Below are positions 10,426-20,503 of a stretch of 32,000 bases of DNA, piece after piece; position 1 is the first letter of the stretch; every line of letters starts with the position of its first letter. Both the position numbers and the translations under genes were made by a program. Source of the stretch: Mycoplasmatota bacterium (lineage in GTDB: Bacteria; Bacillota_I; Bacilli_A; Haloplasmatales; Haloplasmataceae); assembly GCA_018394295.1 (NCBI GenBank), contig CP074573.1, positions 2,886,543 to 2,918,542 of the forward strand, read 5' to 3'. A model generated the notes under the pieces. That model was not told the DNA's origin. It searched no databases and saw only the letters and a list, made by a program, of their open reading frames with translations.

Positions 10426-10462
10426 AAAATACCAAAGGAATCAGTAATTCCTTAGGTATTTT
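10426..10462 (-). terminator. intrinsic terminator downstream of fba
   Basis: AAAATACCAAAGGAAT ... ATTCCTTAGGTATTTT, 16-bp arms with one mismatch, flanked by T/A runs. Confidence 0.8.
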
Positions 10463-10481
10463 TTTTATTATTCTATCTTTA

Positions 10482-11348
10482 CTATAACAATTCGGAAGCT
10501 TTATTCGCACATCCAAAAACATCAATTTTATCTTTAACTACTTCAATAATTTCTTTAGCACCAGGACCAATTACTTTACGTGGGTCATAGACTTTCGTAT
10601 CTTTTGCTAATACTTCACGTACAACTTTTGTAAAGGCTAATTGATTTTCGGTATTAACATTAATTTTACTTGTTCCACACGCAATTGCTCTTTTTATTTG
10701 TTCATTAGGAATACCAGTACCACCATGTAAAACTAATGGTGAATTTGTCGCAACTTTAATTTCTTCCATTTCTGTAAATCCTAATTTAGGTTCACCAACA
10801 TAAGGTCCATGAACAGATCCTAATGCAGGTGCTAAACAATCAATATTTGTTTCAGTTACTAAACGAATACATTCTTCTTTATCAGCATAGCTAATACCAC
10901 CGATAATTCCATCTTCATTCCCACCAACTGTACCAATTTCAGCTTCTACTGATAAACCACGAGCATGTGCATATTCCACAACTTTTTTAGTTTCAGCAAT
11001 ATTTTCATCTATTGGATGATGAGAACCATCATACATAACTGAAGTAAATCCAGCTTCTGTTGCTTTTTTAATATTTTCAAATGTAGTTCCATGATCTAAG
11101 TGAATCGCTACAGGAACAGTTATTTCTAAATCTTTCATTAACCCTTTAACCATATTAACAACTGTATTATATCCACCCATATATCTTGCTGCACCTTCTG
11201 ATACACCTAAAATTACTGGTGCATTTTTTTCTTGTGATGCTGTCAAAATAGATTTAGTCCATTCTAAATTGTTAATATTAAATTGACCAACAGCGTACTT
11301 TCCTTCTTTTGCTTTTTCTAACATGATCTTCATATTCACTAATGGCAT
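10482..11348 (-). CDS. fba: class II fructose-1,6-bisphosphate aldolase
   Basis: 288 aa; [44 protein letters not shown]. Confidence 0.96.
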   Translation of the reverse strand: MPLVNMKIMLEKAKEGKYAVGQFNINNLEWTKSILTASQEKNAPVILGVSEGAARYMGGYNTVVNMVKGLMKDLEITVPVAIHLDHGTTFENIKKATEAGFTSVMYDGSHHPIDENIAETKKVVEYAHARGLSVEAEIGTVGGNEDGIIGGISYADKEECIRLVTETNIDCLAPALGSVHGPYVGEPKLGFTEMEEIKVATNSPLVLHGGTGIPNEQIKRAIACGTSKINVNTENQLAFTKVVREVLAKDTKVYDPRKVIGPGAKEIIEVVKDKIDVFGCANKASELL

Positions 11349-11423
11349 AAAAAATCCTCCTTAATTTATTCATTATTATAATAACACTTTTTTTTACGTT
11401 TTAACATTAATTTGTTAAATTTT

Positions 11424-13028
11424 TTAGTCGTTTAAACTTTTTTTAGAAGCTTCAACAAAATCTCTAAATAATGGATGCGGTCTATTTGGTCTAGATGTAA
11501 ATTCTGGATGAAATTGACAAGCAACAAAAAATGGGTGATTGTCTATTTCAATTATTTCTACTAAATTTGTTTGCGGATTAAAACCTGAAAAAGTTAAACC
11601 TTTTTCTTCTAATAATTTTTTATATTGATTGTTAAATTCATAACGATGTCGATGACGTTCTTTTATTAATGTTTTATTATAGGATTTATAAGCTTTAGTT
11701 CCTTCTTTAATTTGACAGTCATATAAACCTAAACGTAGTGTTCCACCTAAATCAATTCCCTTATATTGATCTGGTAAATAATCAAAAATTGGATATGGCG
11801 TATTCTCATCCATTTCTGTGGAGTTCGCTTTTTTAAGATTCGCTACATTTCTTGCAAATTCAATCGTTGCAAGTTGCATTCCAAGGCATAATCCTAAGTA
11901 AGGAATTTTATTTTCTCTTGCATATTTAATTGCCTTCATTTTACCTTCAATCGCTCGAGCACCAAAACCACCTGGTACTAAAATACCCTGTACATTTTTT
12001 AAGTATTCATTGATGTTATCATCATTGATACACTCAGCATCAATCCACTTAATATTAACAATTAATTGATGGAAATAACCAGCATGCTTTAAAGCCTCAG
12101 AAACTGATAAATAAGCATCATGTAATTGGACATACTTTCCTACTAAAGCAATTGTAACTTCTTGTTTTAAACCTTTAACAGTTTTTACTAAATTTCTCCA
12201 TTCACTTAAATCAATATGAGGTACATTTAGTTGTAGATGTTTACATACATACTGATCTAATCCTTGTTTATGTAAATCTAATACGACTTCATATAATATT
12301 TGAACATCTCTAGCCTCAACAACAGCTTCTTTTTGTACATCGCAAAATAAGGCTATTTTATCTTTTACTTCATCCTCTATTGGAACTTCTGTTCTTAAAA
12401 TAATGACATCTGGTTGTATCCCTAAAGACCGTAATTCTTTTACACTATGTTGCGTTGGTTTCGTCTTTATTTCTCCAGCTGCTTTCAAATAAGGAACTAA
12501 TGTATTATGAATAAAACATGTATTATGTACACCTACATCTCTTCTTACTTGTCTAACTGCTTCCAAAAAAGGTAATGATTCTATATCACCTACTGTACCA
12601 CCTATCTCGGTGATAACGATATCTGCTTGACTTTCTTTGGCAACAGCAAATAGTTTATCTTTAATTTCATTTGTAATATGAGGAATTACTTGTACTGTCC
12701 TTCCCAAATATTCCCCTTGTCTTTCTTTGTTAATGACTGATTGATAAATTTTACCTGTAGTTATATTGGCATTTTTAGTTAAATTTTCATCGATAAATCG
12801 CTCGTAATGTCCTAAGTCAAGATCTGTTTCAGCACCATCTTTGGTAACGAAAACCTCTCCATGTTGATAAGGACTCATAGTACCTGGATCTACATTTATA
12901 TATGGATCAAACTTTTGCATAAATACCTTTAACCCACGATCTTTAAGTAGACGCCCCAAAGAAGCAGCAGAAATACCTTTTCCTAACGACGATACAACTC
13001 CACCAGTTACAAATATGTATTTAGTCAT
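11424..13028 (-). CDS. pyrG: CTP synthase
   Basis: 534 aa; [33 protein letters not shown] glutaminase motif, [12 protein letters not shown]. Confidence 0.98.
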   Translation of the reverse strand: MTKYIFVTGGVVSSLGKGISAASLGRLLKDRGLKVFMQKFDPYINVDPGTMSPYQHGEVFVTKDGAETDLDLGHYERFIDENLTKNANITTGKIYQSVINKERQGEYLGRTVQVIPHITNEIKDKLFAVAKESQADIVITEIGGTVGDIESLPFLEAVRQVRRDVGVHNTCFIHNTLVPYLKAAGEIKTKPTQHSVKELRSLGIQPDVIILRTEVPIEDEVKDKIALFCDVQKEAVVEARDVQILYEVVLDLHKQGLDQYVCKHLQLNVPHIDLSEWRNLVKTVKGLKQEVTIALVGKYVQLHDAYLSVSEALKHAGYFHQLIVNIKWIDAECINDDNINEYLKNVQGILVPGGFGARAIEGKMKAIKYARENKIPYLGLCLGMQLATIEFARNVANLKKANSTEMDENTPYPIFDYLPDQYKGIDLGGTLRLGLYDCQIKEGTKAYKSYNKTLIKERHRHRYEFNNQYKKLLEEKGLTFSGFNPQTNLVEIIEIDNHPFFVACQFHPEFTSRPNRPHPLFRDFVEASKKSLND

Positions 13029-13075
13029 AGAACACCTCCGGTTTGATATACATATTATTAATTTTTTCGAAAATC

Positions 13076-13105
13076 AAAAAAAAATGCTTTCCTTTTAAGG
13101 AAAGC
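13076..13105 (-). terminator. intrinsic terminator downstream of rpoE
   Basis: Minus-strand hairpin GCTTTCCTT-AA-AAGGAAAGC (13086-13105) followed by ATTTTTTTTT. Confidence 0.85.
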
Positions 13106-13166
13106 GTAAATTTTTCGAGTGCCCTTATATATATTATCAAATTTAGTGGTAATATTCAACCATTTT

Positions 13167-13547
13167 TTATAAGTCTTCATCACCATCATAATCTTCTTCG
13201 AAATCTTCTTCGATTTCTTCTTCATCTAAATCTTCTACATCTTCCTGATTTCCTAAGTTATCAACACCACTTGAACTTTCAGAATCAAATATAAATTGAT
13301 TTTCAAAAACATCATATTTTTGTCTGTTTTTTAAATCCCATTTATCGCTACTTACATTAACAAATTTACCACTTAATGTTAAGTCTGCATAAAAACGAGT
13401 AACTCGTTGTCTTAACTCATCTTCAGTTAATCCCATTAATTCACTTACTTCTTGAGCTATCTTTTTAAAAGATTGTGGTGTTTTTTTTCTTAGCATTAAA
13501 TTTTCTGCTACTTCTAGCATTGACATGTTTGAAAAATTTTGAGTCAT
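13167..13547 (-). CDS. rpoE: DNA-directed RNA polymerase subunit delta
   Basis: From MTQNFSNMSMLEVAENLM; globular domain FYADLTLSGKFV, then acidic tail VEDLDEEEIEEDFEEDYDGDEDL. Start at 13547 is preceded by AGGAGG. Confidence 0.9.
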   Translation of the reverse strand: MTQNFSNMSMLEVAENLMLRKKTPQSFKKIAQEVSELMGLTEDELRQRVTRFYADLTLSGKFVNVSSDKWDLKNRQKYDVFENQFIFDSESSSGVDNLGNQEDVEDLDEEEIEEDFEEDYDGDEDL

Positions 13548-13569
13548 AATAAGTCCTCCTATTTTTAAT

Positions 13570-15231
13570 TTACATCTTATCCGGTGCACTAACACCTATT
13601 ATACTTAATGCATTACGAAGCGTAATTTGAGTGGCTTTAATAAGTGCTAGTAGTTGTTTTGTTTTTTCTATATTTTCTTCATTAATAACTTTTTCAGCAT
13701 TATAAAAGCTATGAAAAGCTTGGGCTAACTCATTAATATAAAGCGTCATTCTATGAGGTGCTCTTTTAATGGCTGAATCAATAATTGATTTTGGAAATTC
13801 AGCTAATTTTTTCAGTACATCAAAAGCTTTTTCTGAATTAATATGATTATAATCATCTAATAAAACATAATTTATTTTCTTTTCATCTGCTTGCTTTAAG
13901 ATACTACCTATTCTAGCGTGAGCATACTGAGCATAATACACTGGGTTTTCATTCGATTTTTTGGTAGCTAAATCAATATCAAAATCCATTTGTGAATCAC
14001 CACTTCTCATCGCAAAGAAATATCTAATAGCATCTACTCCTACCTCATCAATTAAGTCACGAATCGTAAGTGCTTTTCCAGATCGTTTTGACATTTTATA
14101 TTCTTCACCATTTTTAATTAAGCGAACCATTTGTATAATAAGTACTTCAAGCTTTTCTGAATCGCCAGATAAACACTCAATACTTGCTTTTAATCTTGGA
14201 ATATATCCATGATGATCAGCACCTAGAATATCGATTAACTTATCATAGCCTCTTTCTAACTTATCAATATGATATGCAATATCAGGTGTTAAATATGTCA
14301 AAGTTTTATCAGTTTTTCTTAATACACGGTCTTTATCATCACCAAAAGCAGTTGATTTAAACCAGGTAGCACCTTCGTGTTCATAAATATAACCTTTAGC
14401 ATCTAATTTAGTAATCGCTGTTTCAACTTTTTTTTCATCATATAATGCTTGTTCACTAGACCATACATTAAATGTGACATTAAATGTTTCTAAATCCTTT
14501 TTGATTTTCTCTAATTCAACTTTTTTCGCATATTCTCTAAATAGTTGATATCTTTCATTTGAATCATTTAAATATTTGTCACCATATTTTTCCACTAATT
14601 CTTTTGCGATGTTAATAATATCTTGACCATAATACCCATCTTCTGGCATGGTAGATTCTTTCCCTAGTAATTGTTCATAACGACAAATGGTTGATAAAGC
14701 TAAATTATGAATCTGATTACCTGCATCATTAATATAATATTCTCTTGCAACAATATAACCAGCTTTCTCTAATACTCTACATAAAGTATCACCAATAGCT
14801 GCACCTCTAGCGTGACCAATATGTAAATCACCAGTTGGATTAGCAGATACAAATTCAACATTAACTTTTGTTTGATTTCCATAATTGGTTTTTCCATAGG
14901 CTTCATCTAGTACTATTACATCTTTAATAATTTGAGTTAAATAATGATTATTCATATAGAAATTAATGAATCCTGGTCCAGCAATTTCAATTCTTTCTAC
15001 ATTATATTTTTCTTTATGAAATTTTTCTACAATTTCTTTCGCAATTATTTTTGGTGATTTACGAAAATCTTTAGCTAATTGCATTGCACAGTTGGTAGAA
15101 TAATCTCCATTTATTTTTTCTTTAGGCTCTTCTAAAATAATATTTAGAGATTGATTTGTACAACCTAAATCGATAATAATTTGCTTCAAATGTTTTTTTA
15201 TATCTTCTTGTAAACTTAATATTTTATTCAT
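13570..15231 (-). CDS. argS: arginyl-tRNA synthetase
   Basis: From [15 protein letters not shown]; [28 protein letters not shown] motif, [13 protein letters not shown]-like motif, C-term [16 protein letters not shown]. Confidence 0.96.
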   Translation of the reverse strand: MNKILSLQEDIKKHLKQIIIDLGCTNQSLNIILEEPKEKINGDYSTNCAMQLAKDFRKSPKIIAKEIVEKFHKEKYNVERIEIAGPGFINFYMNNHYLTQIIKDVIVLDEAYGKTNYGNQTKVNVEFVSANPTGDLHIGHARGAAIGDTLCRVLEKAGYIVAREYYINDAGNQIHNLALSTICRYEQLLGKESTMPEDGYYGQDIINIAKELVEKYGDKYLNDSNERYQLFREYAKKVELEKIKKDLETFNVTFNVWSSEQALYDEKKVETAITKLDAKGYIYEHEGATWFKSTAFGDDKDRVLRKTDKTLTYLTPDIAYHIDKLERGYDKLIDILGADHHGYIPRLKASIECLSGDSEKLEVLIIQMVRLIKNGEEYKMSKRSGKALTIRDLIDEVGVDAIRYFFAMRSGDSQMDFDIDLATKKSNENPVYYAQYAHARIGSILKQADEKKINYVLLDDYNHINSEKAFDVLKKLAEFPKSIIDSAIKRAPHRMTLYINELAQAFHSFYNAEKVINEENIEKTKQLLALIKATQITLRNALSIIGVSAPDKM

Positions 15232-15643
15232 ATTCTTCAACTCCTTTAATATATACTTGCATTTGATAATTCCCAACCACATGATCATCAAATAAAATAT
15301 CATAATCTAAATAAATATTTTCATCAGAAAAATCATATTGATTCGTAAAAGTGGTTATTTCAGATGACACATATTCATTATTATAGAATCCCTTTGTTAG
15401 TTCTTTTTCAATATAAGGTTGTTTCATCCTAACTGAACCATTTCTAATGATAACTATCTGTTTTTCATCACATATTAACATTAATTGATTATATTTATTA
15501 TTTTCCATTGATGGTTCCTTAAACTTGATGAAGGTTTTCTTATTCATAACATACCTTTTGCCTATTTCATTAAACTGAATTTCATGTTTTTGACCTTCAT
15601 TAATTATATTCATTTTAAAATTGATATTTATTTTTTCATGCAT
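15224..15643 (-). CDS. DUF1934 domain-containing (YwiB-like) protein
   Basis: 139 aa small beta-rich protein directly upstream of argS (the usual Firmicutes position); 8-nt overlap with argS. Confidence 0.7.
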   Translation of the reverse strand: MHEKININFKMNIINEGQKHEIQFNEIGKRYVMNKKTFIKFKEPSMENNKYNQLMLICDEKQIVIIRNGSVRMKQPYIEKELTKGFYNNEYVSSEITTFTNQYDFSDENIYLDYDILFDDHVVGNYQMQVYIKGVEEYE

Positions 15644-15886
15644 AAAATCACCATATAAAGATAATTAACAATATATAAATTATATATATTATTTTAAAAA
15701 AATCAACAATTTAGTGTAATTATTATAAATTTTTTTTAACAAGGAGCAAACTCATCTGTTCGCTATAATATTCTTAATACAACTATTATAATCTCAAATG
15801 TCTATTTTATTCAAATTAAATGATACTTTTTTTGACTATTGTTGACAATTATAACTAATAAATCAAAAATCGTTTGTAAATATCTT

Positions 15887-17599
15887 TTATGAGATAGCTT
15901 TATATAAATCAGCATAGTATCCATTCCTACTAACTAGTTTTTGATGTGTTCCTCTTTCAGATATACCTTTATCATCCAACACGATGATTTCATTCACATT
16001 TTTTAGGGTAGATAAACGATGAGCAATAATTATACAAGTTCTTTCCAATGATAATTCCTCAAGTGCTTCTTGAATTTTTCTTTCAGTGATTGTATCTAAT
16101 GAAGATGTTGCTTCATCAAGTATAAGTATTGGAGGATTTTTTAAGAATACACGAGCAATTGATATTCTTTGTTTTTGTCCCCCAGATAATTTAACACCAC
16201 GTTCACCTGTTATTGTATCATAACCCTTTTCTAAAGAAATGATAAACTCATGAATTCTTGCTTTTTTAGCAGCTTCAATTACTTCTTCCATTGTTGCTGA
16301 GGGATTACCATACATAATATTTTCTTTTATTGTTCCATAAAAAATATAAACATCTTGTTGAACATGACCAATCGCTTTTCTTAAAGTATTTAAATCATAG
16401 TTTTTAATATTAATACCATCTACTAGTATTTCACCTTCAGTCACATCATAAAATCTTGGGATTAATTGAGAAATGGTTGATTTACCAACACCTGTTTCTC
16501 CTACTAAACCGATACTTTCACCTTTTTGAATAGATAAATTAAAATTTTTTATCACATATTTTTCATGATTAGTATACTTAAAACTAACATTTTTGAACTC
16601 AATAACACCTTTTGGATCTTTTAATATTACTGGATTAAGGGGATTTTGTATAACAGGTTCCATGTTCATAATTTCATAAAATCTTTCAATACCAGCAAGT
16701 CCAGTTTGAATTTGTTGAATTGAATTCATTAAACGTCTAATCGGTTGAATTGTATTATTAATATATAAGATAGAAGCAATTAAAATACCATCTAATATAT
16801 TACCTGTATATAATAAATATCCTCCAATTAATAGAAAGGATAAATTGAAAAGGTTTATAATAAAATCATTACCCGTTATGAAAATTGTCATTGCCTTATA
16901 AGCCCCACTCCAACTATCACGATACTTGGCATTGTTTTTATTAAATTTATCATATTCATACAATTCATTTGTAAATGATTGTGATAATCTAATTCCACCA
17001 ATTGAACTTTCAATCTGAGAATTAATTTCAGCATGTTCAACACGTACTTTTCTAAATCCATTTAACATTGCTTTTCTTCTTATAATAGAAAAGACTATCA
17101 ATATAACAACATAAGTTAAAGCAACTAAAAACAAACGATAATCATACGTAAATAAAATTGTTAATGAACCAATAAGCATTATTATGGAAATAAAAATATC
17201 TTCAGGAACATGATGTGCCATTTCCCCAACATCCCTAATATCAGCAACTAATCGGTTCATAATCATCCCTGTTTTATTATCATCAAAATATGAAAAATTT
17301 AGTGTTTCTATTTTTTTAAAAAGATCATTACGCATATCATATTCAATACGTGTCCCCATAATATGACCCCAATAATTGACGATTACTTGTAATATAACCT
17401 TAAACAAATAAAGTGCTAGTAAAATAGAAGCAACAGTCAACATCATTCTCATGTTTTTATCAGGAATGTAATCATCGATTAATTTTCTTGTAACTGCAGG
17501 AAACAATAAATCTAAACCTGCAATTAATAATGCTGCAAACATATCAAGAATAAATAATACCATATGATTCTTGTAATAACTTATGAATTTTTTTATCAT
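15887..17599 (-). CDS. ABC transporter ATP-binding/permease protein (half-transporter exporter)
   Basis: 6-TM domain, Walker A GETGVGKST, signature LSGGQKQR, Walker B PPILILDEATSSLD. Start trimmed from 17680 to the ATG at 17597-17599. Confidence 0.93.
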   Translation of the reverse strand: MIKKFISYYKNHMVLFILDMFAALLIAGLDLLFPAVTRKLIDDYIPDKNMRMMLTVASILLALYLFKVILQVIVNYWGHIMGTRIEYDMRNDLFKKIETLNFSYFDDNKTGMIMNRLVADIRDVGEMAHHVPEDIFISIIMLIGSLTILFTYDYRLFLVALTYVVILIVFSIIRRKAMLNGFRKVRVEHAEINSQIESSIGGIRLSQSFTNELYEYDKFNKNNAKYRDSWSGAYKAMTIFITGNDFIINLFNLSFLLIGGYLLYTGNILDGILIASILYINNTIQPIRRLMNSIQQIQTGLAGIERFYEIMNMEPVIQNPLNPVILKDPKGVIEFKNVSFKYTNHEKYVIKNFNLSIQKGESIGLVGETGVGKSTISQLIPRFYDVTEGEILVDGINIKNYDLNTLRKAIGHVQQDVYIFYGTIKENIMYGNPSATMEEVIEAAKKARIHEFIISLEKGYDTITGERGVKLSGGQKQRISIARVFLKNPPILILDEATSSLDTITERKIQEALEELSLERTCIIIAHRLSTLKNVNEIIVLDDKGISERGTHQKLVSRNGYYADLYKAIS

Positions 17600-17630
17600 A
17601 TTTAACCTCCATTCATACAAAAGAGACAAG

Positions 17631-17834
17631 TTACTTACCTGTCTCAGAAATATTAGTGACTTTTTTAAGCTTTCTTTCAAATTCTGTACGTGGCATTAAA
17701 ATACTTCTACCACATTTTAAACATTTTATTCTAATATCAGCACCCATGCGGATGATTTGCCACTTGTTTTCACCACAGGGATGTGCTTTTTTCATGACGA
17801 CAATATCATTTAAATTAAATGATTTATCTTGCAT
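17631..17834 (-). CDS. DUF951 domain-containing protein
   Basis: 67 aa; VVMKKAHPCGENKWQIIRMGADIRIKCLKCGRSILMPR is the DUF951 pattern; next to parB. Confidence 0.9.
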   Translation of the reverse strand: MQDKSFNLNDIVVMKKAHPCGENKWQIIRMGADIRIKCLKCGRSILMPRTEFERKLKKVTNISETGK

Positions 17835-17846
17835 TTTTACACCTCA

Positions 17847-18734
17847 CTAATCAACTAAATTTGCGATTTCATCTAAAGTCATGACTTTTAGAATTCGATT
17901 TAAATCTTCTGAATTGCTAAAATCAATAACCAGTTTTCCTCCCATTTCTTTAGAGAGGATTTTGATTGATGTTCCAAATTTATTCATTAATTGCTCTTCA
18001 AGATAAATTAAATTGACATCTCTTTCTACTTTTTTAGGTTTTTTTATTTGATTTTCTGATTTATTATCTTCTTTAATTAATTGTTCTAACGCACGAACTG
18101 AAAGATTTTCTTCTTTAATTTTATTAGCTAAATCTAATATTTGTTTCTCATCATTTAAACCAGCTAATACCTTAGCGTGTCCAAAATCAATAGATCCTTC
18201 ATTAAGCATATTTTGAATATCTTCAGATAAATTTAATACACGTAATACATTTGTAATATGTGCTCTACTTTTCCCTATTCTTTCAGCAACTTCTTGTTGT
18301 GTTAAAGAATATTCATCAATTAACATTTTATATGCTAAAGCTTCTTCAACAACTGTTAAATCTTCTCTTTGTAAATTCTCTAATAGTGCAATTTCAGCCA
18401 TGATTTGTCTGTTTATTTCACGAATAATAGCCGGTATTGTCTTTAAACCTAACTTACAACAAGCTTTATATCTTCGTTCACCAGCAACAATATAATAACC
18501 TATACCATCTTTAATTTTTGTGATGATAATTGGTTGAAATACACCATGTTCTTTAATTGATTGCGCTAATTCTTCAATTTTTTCTTCATCGAATATTTTT
18601 CTTGGTTGAAAAGGATTCCTTTTTAAATCTTTTAATGGAACTTCATTTATTTGTTCATTATCTTGTCTTTCTTCATCAAAATTTAAATTATCTTTAAATA
18701 ACGCATCTAGTCCTTTACCTAAACGACTACTCAT
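17847..18734 (-). CDS. parB: chromosome partitioning protein ParB/Spo0J
   Basis: 295 aa; MSSRLGKGLDALF, NPFQPRKIFDEEKIEELAQSI, GERRYKACCKLGL, ENLQREDL. Confidence 0.95.
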   Translation of the reverse strand: MSSRLGKGLDALFKDNLNFDEERQDNEQINEVPLKDLKRNPFQPRKIFDEEKIEELAQSIKEHGVFQPIIITKIKDGIGYYIVAGERRYKACCKLGLKTIPAIIREINRQIMAEIALLENLQREDLTVVEEALAYKMLIDEYSLTQQEVAERIGKSRAHITNVLRVLNLSEDIQNMLNEGSIDFGHAKVLAGLNDEKQILDLANKIKEENLSVRALEQLIKEDNKSENQIKKPKKVERDVNLIYLEEQLMNKFGTSIKILSKEMGGKLVIDFSNSEDLNRILKVMTLDEIANLVD

Positions 18735-19491
18735 TATACTTCTTCACTTCCTCTGCTAACTTTAAATAGACTTTAGCCCCTTTAGAATTTGGTGCATAAT
18801 CAATAATTGGAAGTCCGTGCGATGGTGATTCTGCCAAGTGCACATTACGTGGGATAATGGTAGAATACACTTTTTCACGGAAAAATGTTTTTACTTCTTT
18901 AGTTACTTCAATCCCTAAATTAGTTCTTGCATCAAACATCGTTAATAAAACACCTTCTAATGCTAAATTACTATTAAGATATTTTTGTGTAATTCTAATA
19001 GTATTTAATAATTGTGTTAGTCCTTCTAAAGCATAATATTCACATTGAACAGTGATAATAACAGAATCAGCAGCAGTAAGTGCATTAATTGTTAAAAGTC
19101 CTAAAGAAGGTGGACAATCAATAATAATATAATCATATTGTTCTTTATATTTTCTAATCGCATTACTTAGGCGATACTCTCTACTTTGAATGCCAACTAA
19201 TTGTACTTCAGCACCAGCTAAATCCATAGTAGATGGAATAATATCTAAATTGCTTGTTCTTGTCTTAATAATAAGATCATCTGCATCAATTTGGTCAATT
19301 AATATATCATATACACTTTTTTTTAGTTCCCCACGATTTATTCCAATACCAGTTGTGGCATTTCCTTGAGGATCTATATCAATAATTAATACTTTATCTC
19401 CCAGACGGTTTAAACTTGCTGCCAAATTAATACTTGTTGTTGTCTTTCCTACCCCACCTTTTTGATTAGCAATCGCAATTATTTTACCCAT
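18727..19491 (-). CDS. parA: chromosome partitioning ATPase ParA/Soj
   Basis: 254 aa; IIAIANQKGGVGKTTTSINLAA, DIDPQGNATTG, PSHGLPIIDYAPNSKG. Confidence 0.97.
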   Translation of the reverse strand: MGKIIAIANQKGGVGKTTTSINLAASLNRLGDKVLIIDIDPQGNATTGIGINRGELKKSVYDILIDQIDADDLIIKTRTSNLDIIPSTMDLAGAEVQLVGIQSREYRLSNAIRKYKEQYDYIIIDCPPSLGLLTINALTAADSVIITVQCEYYALEGLTQLLNTIRITQKYLNSNLALEGVLLTMFDARTNLGIEVTKEVKTFFREKVYSTIIPRNVHLAESPSHGLPIIDYAPNSKGAKVYLKLAEEVKKYNE

Positions 19492-19563
19492 TTTTATGCT
19501 CCTTTTATCAATATTATATTAATATTTTATCACAGATAATGGTAAAAAGATAGTAGAAAAACA

Positions 19564-19594
19564 AAAAGTTATCCACTTTTTGTGGAAAACTTTT
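19564..19594 (-). terminator. intrinsic terminator downstream of noc, made from DnaA-box-like arms
   Basis: AAAAGTTATCCAC-TTTTT-GTGGAAAACTTTT, 13-bp arms with one A.A mismatch, followed on the minus strand by TTTTTGTTTTT-like sequence. Confidence 0.7.
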
Positions 19595-19609
19595 ATAAAC
19601 TGTGGATAA
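19569..19609. promoter_or_regulatory. DnaA-box cluster in the parA-noc intergenic region
   Basis: TTATCCACT (19569-19577), TGTGGAAAA (19581-19589), TGTGGATAA (19601-19609, exact TTATCCACA complement). Confidence 0.6.
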
Positions 19610-19610
19610 T

Positions 19611-20408
19611 TTACTTGGTTTTTGGAATCTTTATTTGGTAAATGTAAAATTCTTCATCTTCTAAATGATTAGTTTCTAATTCAATTCCTGATTGTTCTTT
19701 AATCATAAATATAGCGTGATTAATTGTATTAATCGCTATTCTAGCATCTTTCGATACTTTACTTATGATTTTACCTTTAGGTTTATTTTCTATATTTAAT
19801 ATTTTCTTTATACAATTTTCTGTTTCTTTTACAGTTAATTGTTTATCAATAATTTTATTCAACACTTGATATTGTTTATCTTCTTCTTTTAACATTAATA
19901 AAGCCCGTGCATGACGCTCTGTTATCTGTTTATTTAAAATACATTTTTGAATCTTAACTGGTAATTTTAACAACCTAATTTTATTCGCAATCGTAGATTG
20001 TGACTTCCCTAATTGATTGGCTAAATTCTCTTGTTTTAATTGATTAACTTCCATTAAAACTTTATATGCTTTCGCTTCTTCAATCGCAGTTAAATCTTCT
20101 CTTTGAATATTTTCTATTAAAGCAACAGATGCTGCATCTTCTTCATTTAAATCTTTTATAATTGCTGGTATTGTTTCTAAATTTAACGAAACACATGCCC
20201 GGTATCGTCTTTCTCCAGCTATTATTTCATATTGGTTATTGATAGTTCTTACAATAATTGGCTGTAAAACACCGTGGATTTTAATTGAAGCAGCTAATTC
20301 TTGAATTTTATCTACATCAAATATTGTTCTTGGCTGATTTTCATTAGTAATTATTTGTGTTAATTTAATGTGAACTATTTTCTCTTTATTATTTGAAAAT
20401 ATATTCAT
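19611..20408 (-). CDS. noc: nucleoid occlusion protein Noc / second ParB-family protein
   Basis: 265 aa; NENQPRTIFDVDKIQELAASI, GERRYRACVSLNL, ENIQREDLTAIEEA; located between rsmG and parA as in Bacillus. Confidence 0.88.
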   Translation of the reverse strand: MNIFSNNKEKIVHIKLTQIITNENQPRTIFDVDKIQELAASIKIHGVLQPIIVRTINNQYEIIAGERRYRACVSLNLETIPAIIKDLNEEDAASVALIENIQREDLTAIEEAKAYKVLMEVNQLKQENLANQLGKSQSTIANKIRLLKLPVKIQKCILNKQITERHARALLMLKEEDKQYQVLNKIIDKQLTVKETENCIKKILNIENKPKGKIISKVSKDARIAINTINHAIFMIKEQSGIELETNHLEDEEFYIYQIKIPKTK

Positions 20409-20503
20409 GTTCTCATCTCCCCAAATGAATTTGAGTTACTATTATTATTATACGAATATTTTTTTGTCGAAAAATAATGAATTATGTTCTATATGTCAAA
20501 TTT

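Noticed and set aside
13043-13294. 83 aa + strand His/Leu-rich ORF (FISLHHHHNLLRNLLRF...)
   Set aside because: Antisense of the acidic GAA/GAT-rich tail of rpoE, which creates a spurious His/Leu-rich frame, and it crosses a terminator.
13167-13595. Extended starts in ORF track for rpoE, argS (15303), mnmG (24392), rmuC (27279) and ABC (17680)
   Set aside because: SD positions and homologue-like N-termini support the shorter internal starts used in the feature list.
13961-14212. 83 aa + strand ORF
   Set aside because: Antisense to argS.
15644-15886. Unusually long gap between DUF1934 and ABC genes as a possible ncRNA or mobile scar
   Set aside because: AT-rich, no stable GC stem, repeat, or ORF seen; a promoter plus untranslated region is enough to explain it.
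17656-17850. 64 aa + strand ORF
   Set aside because: Antisense to the DUF951 gene.
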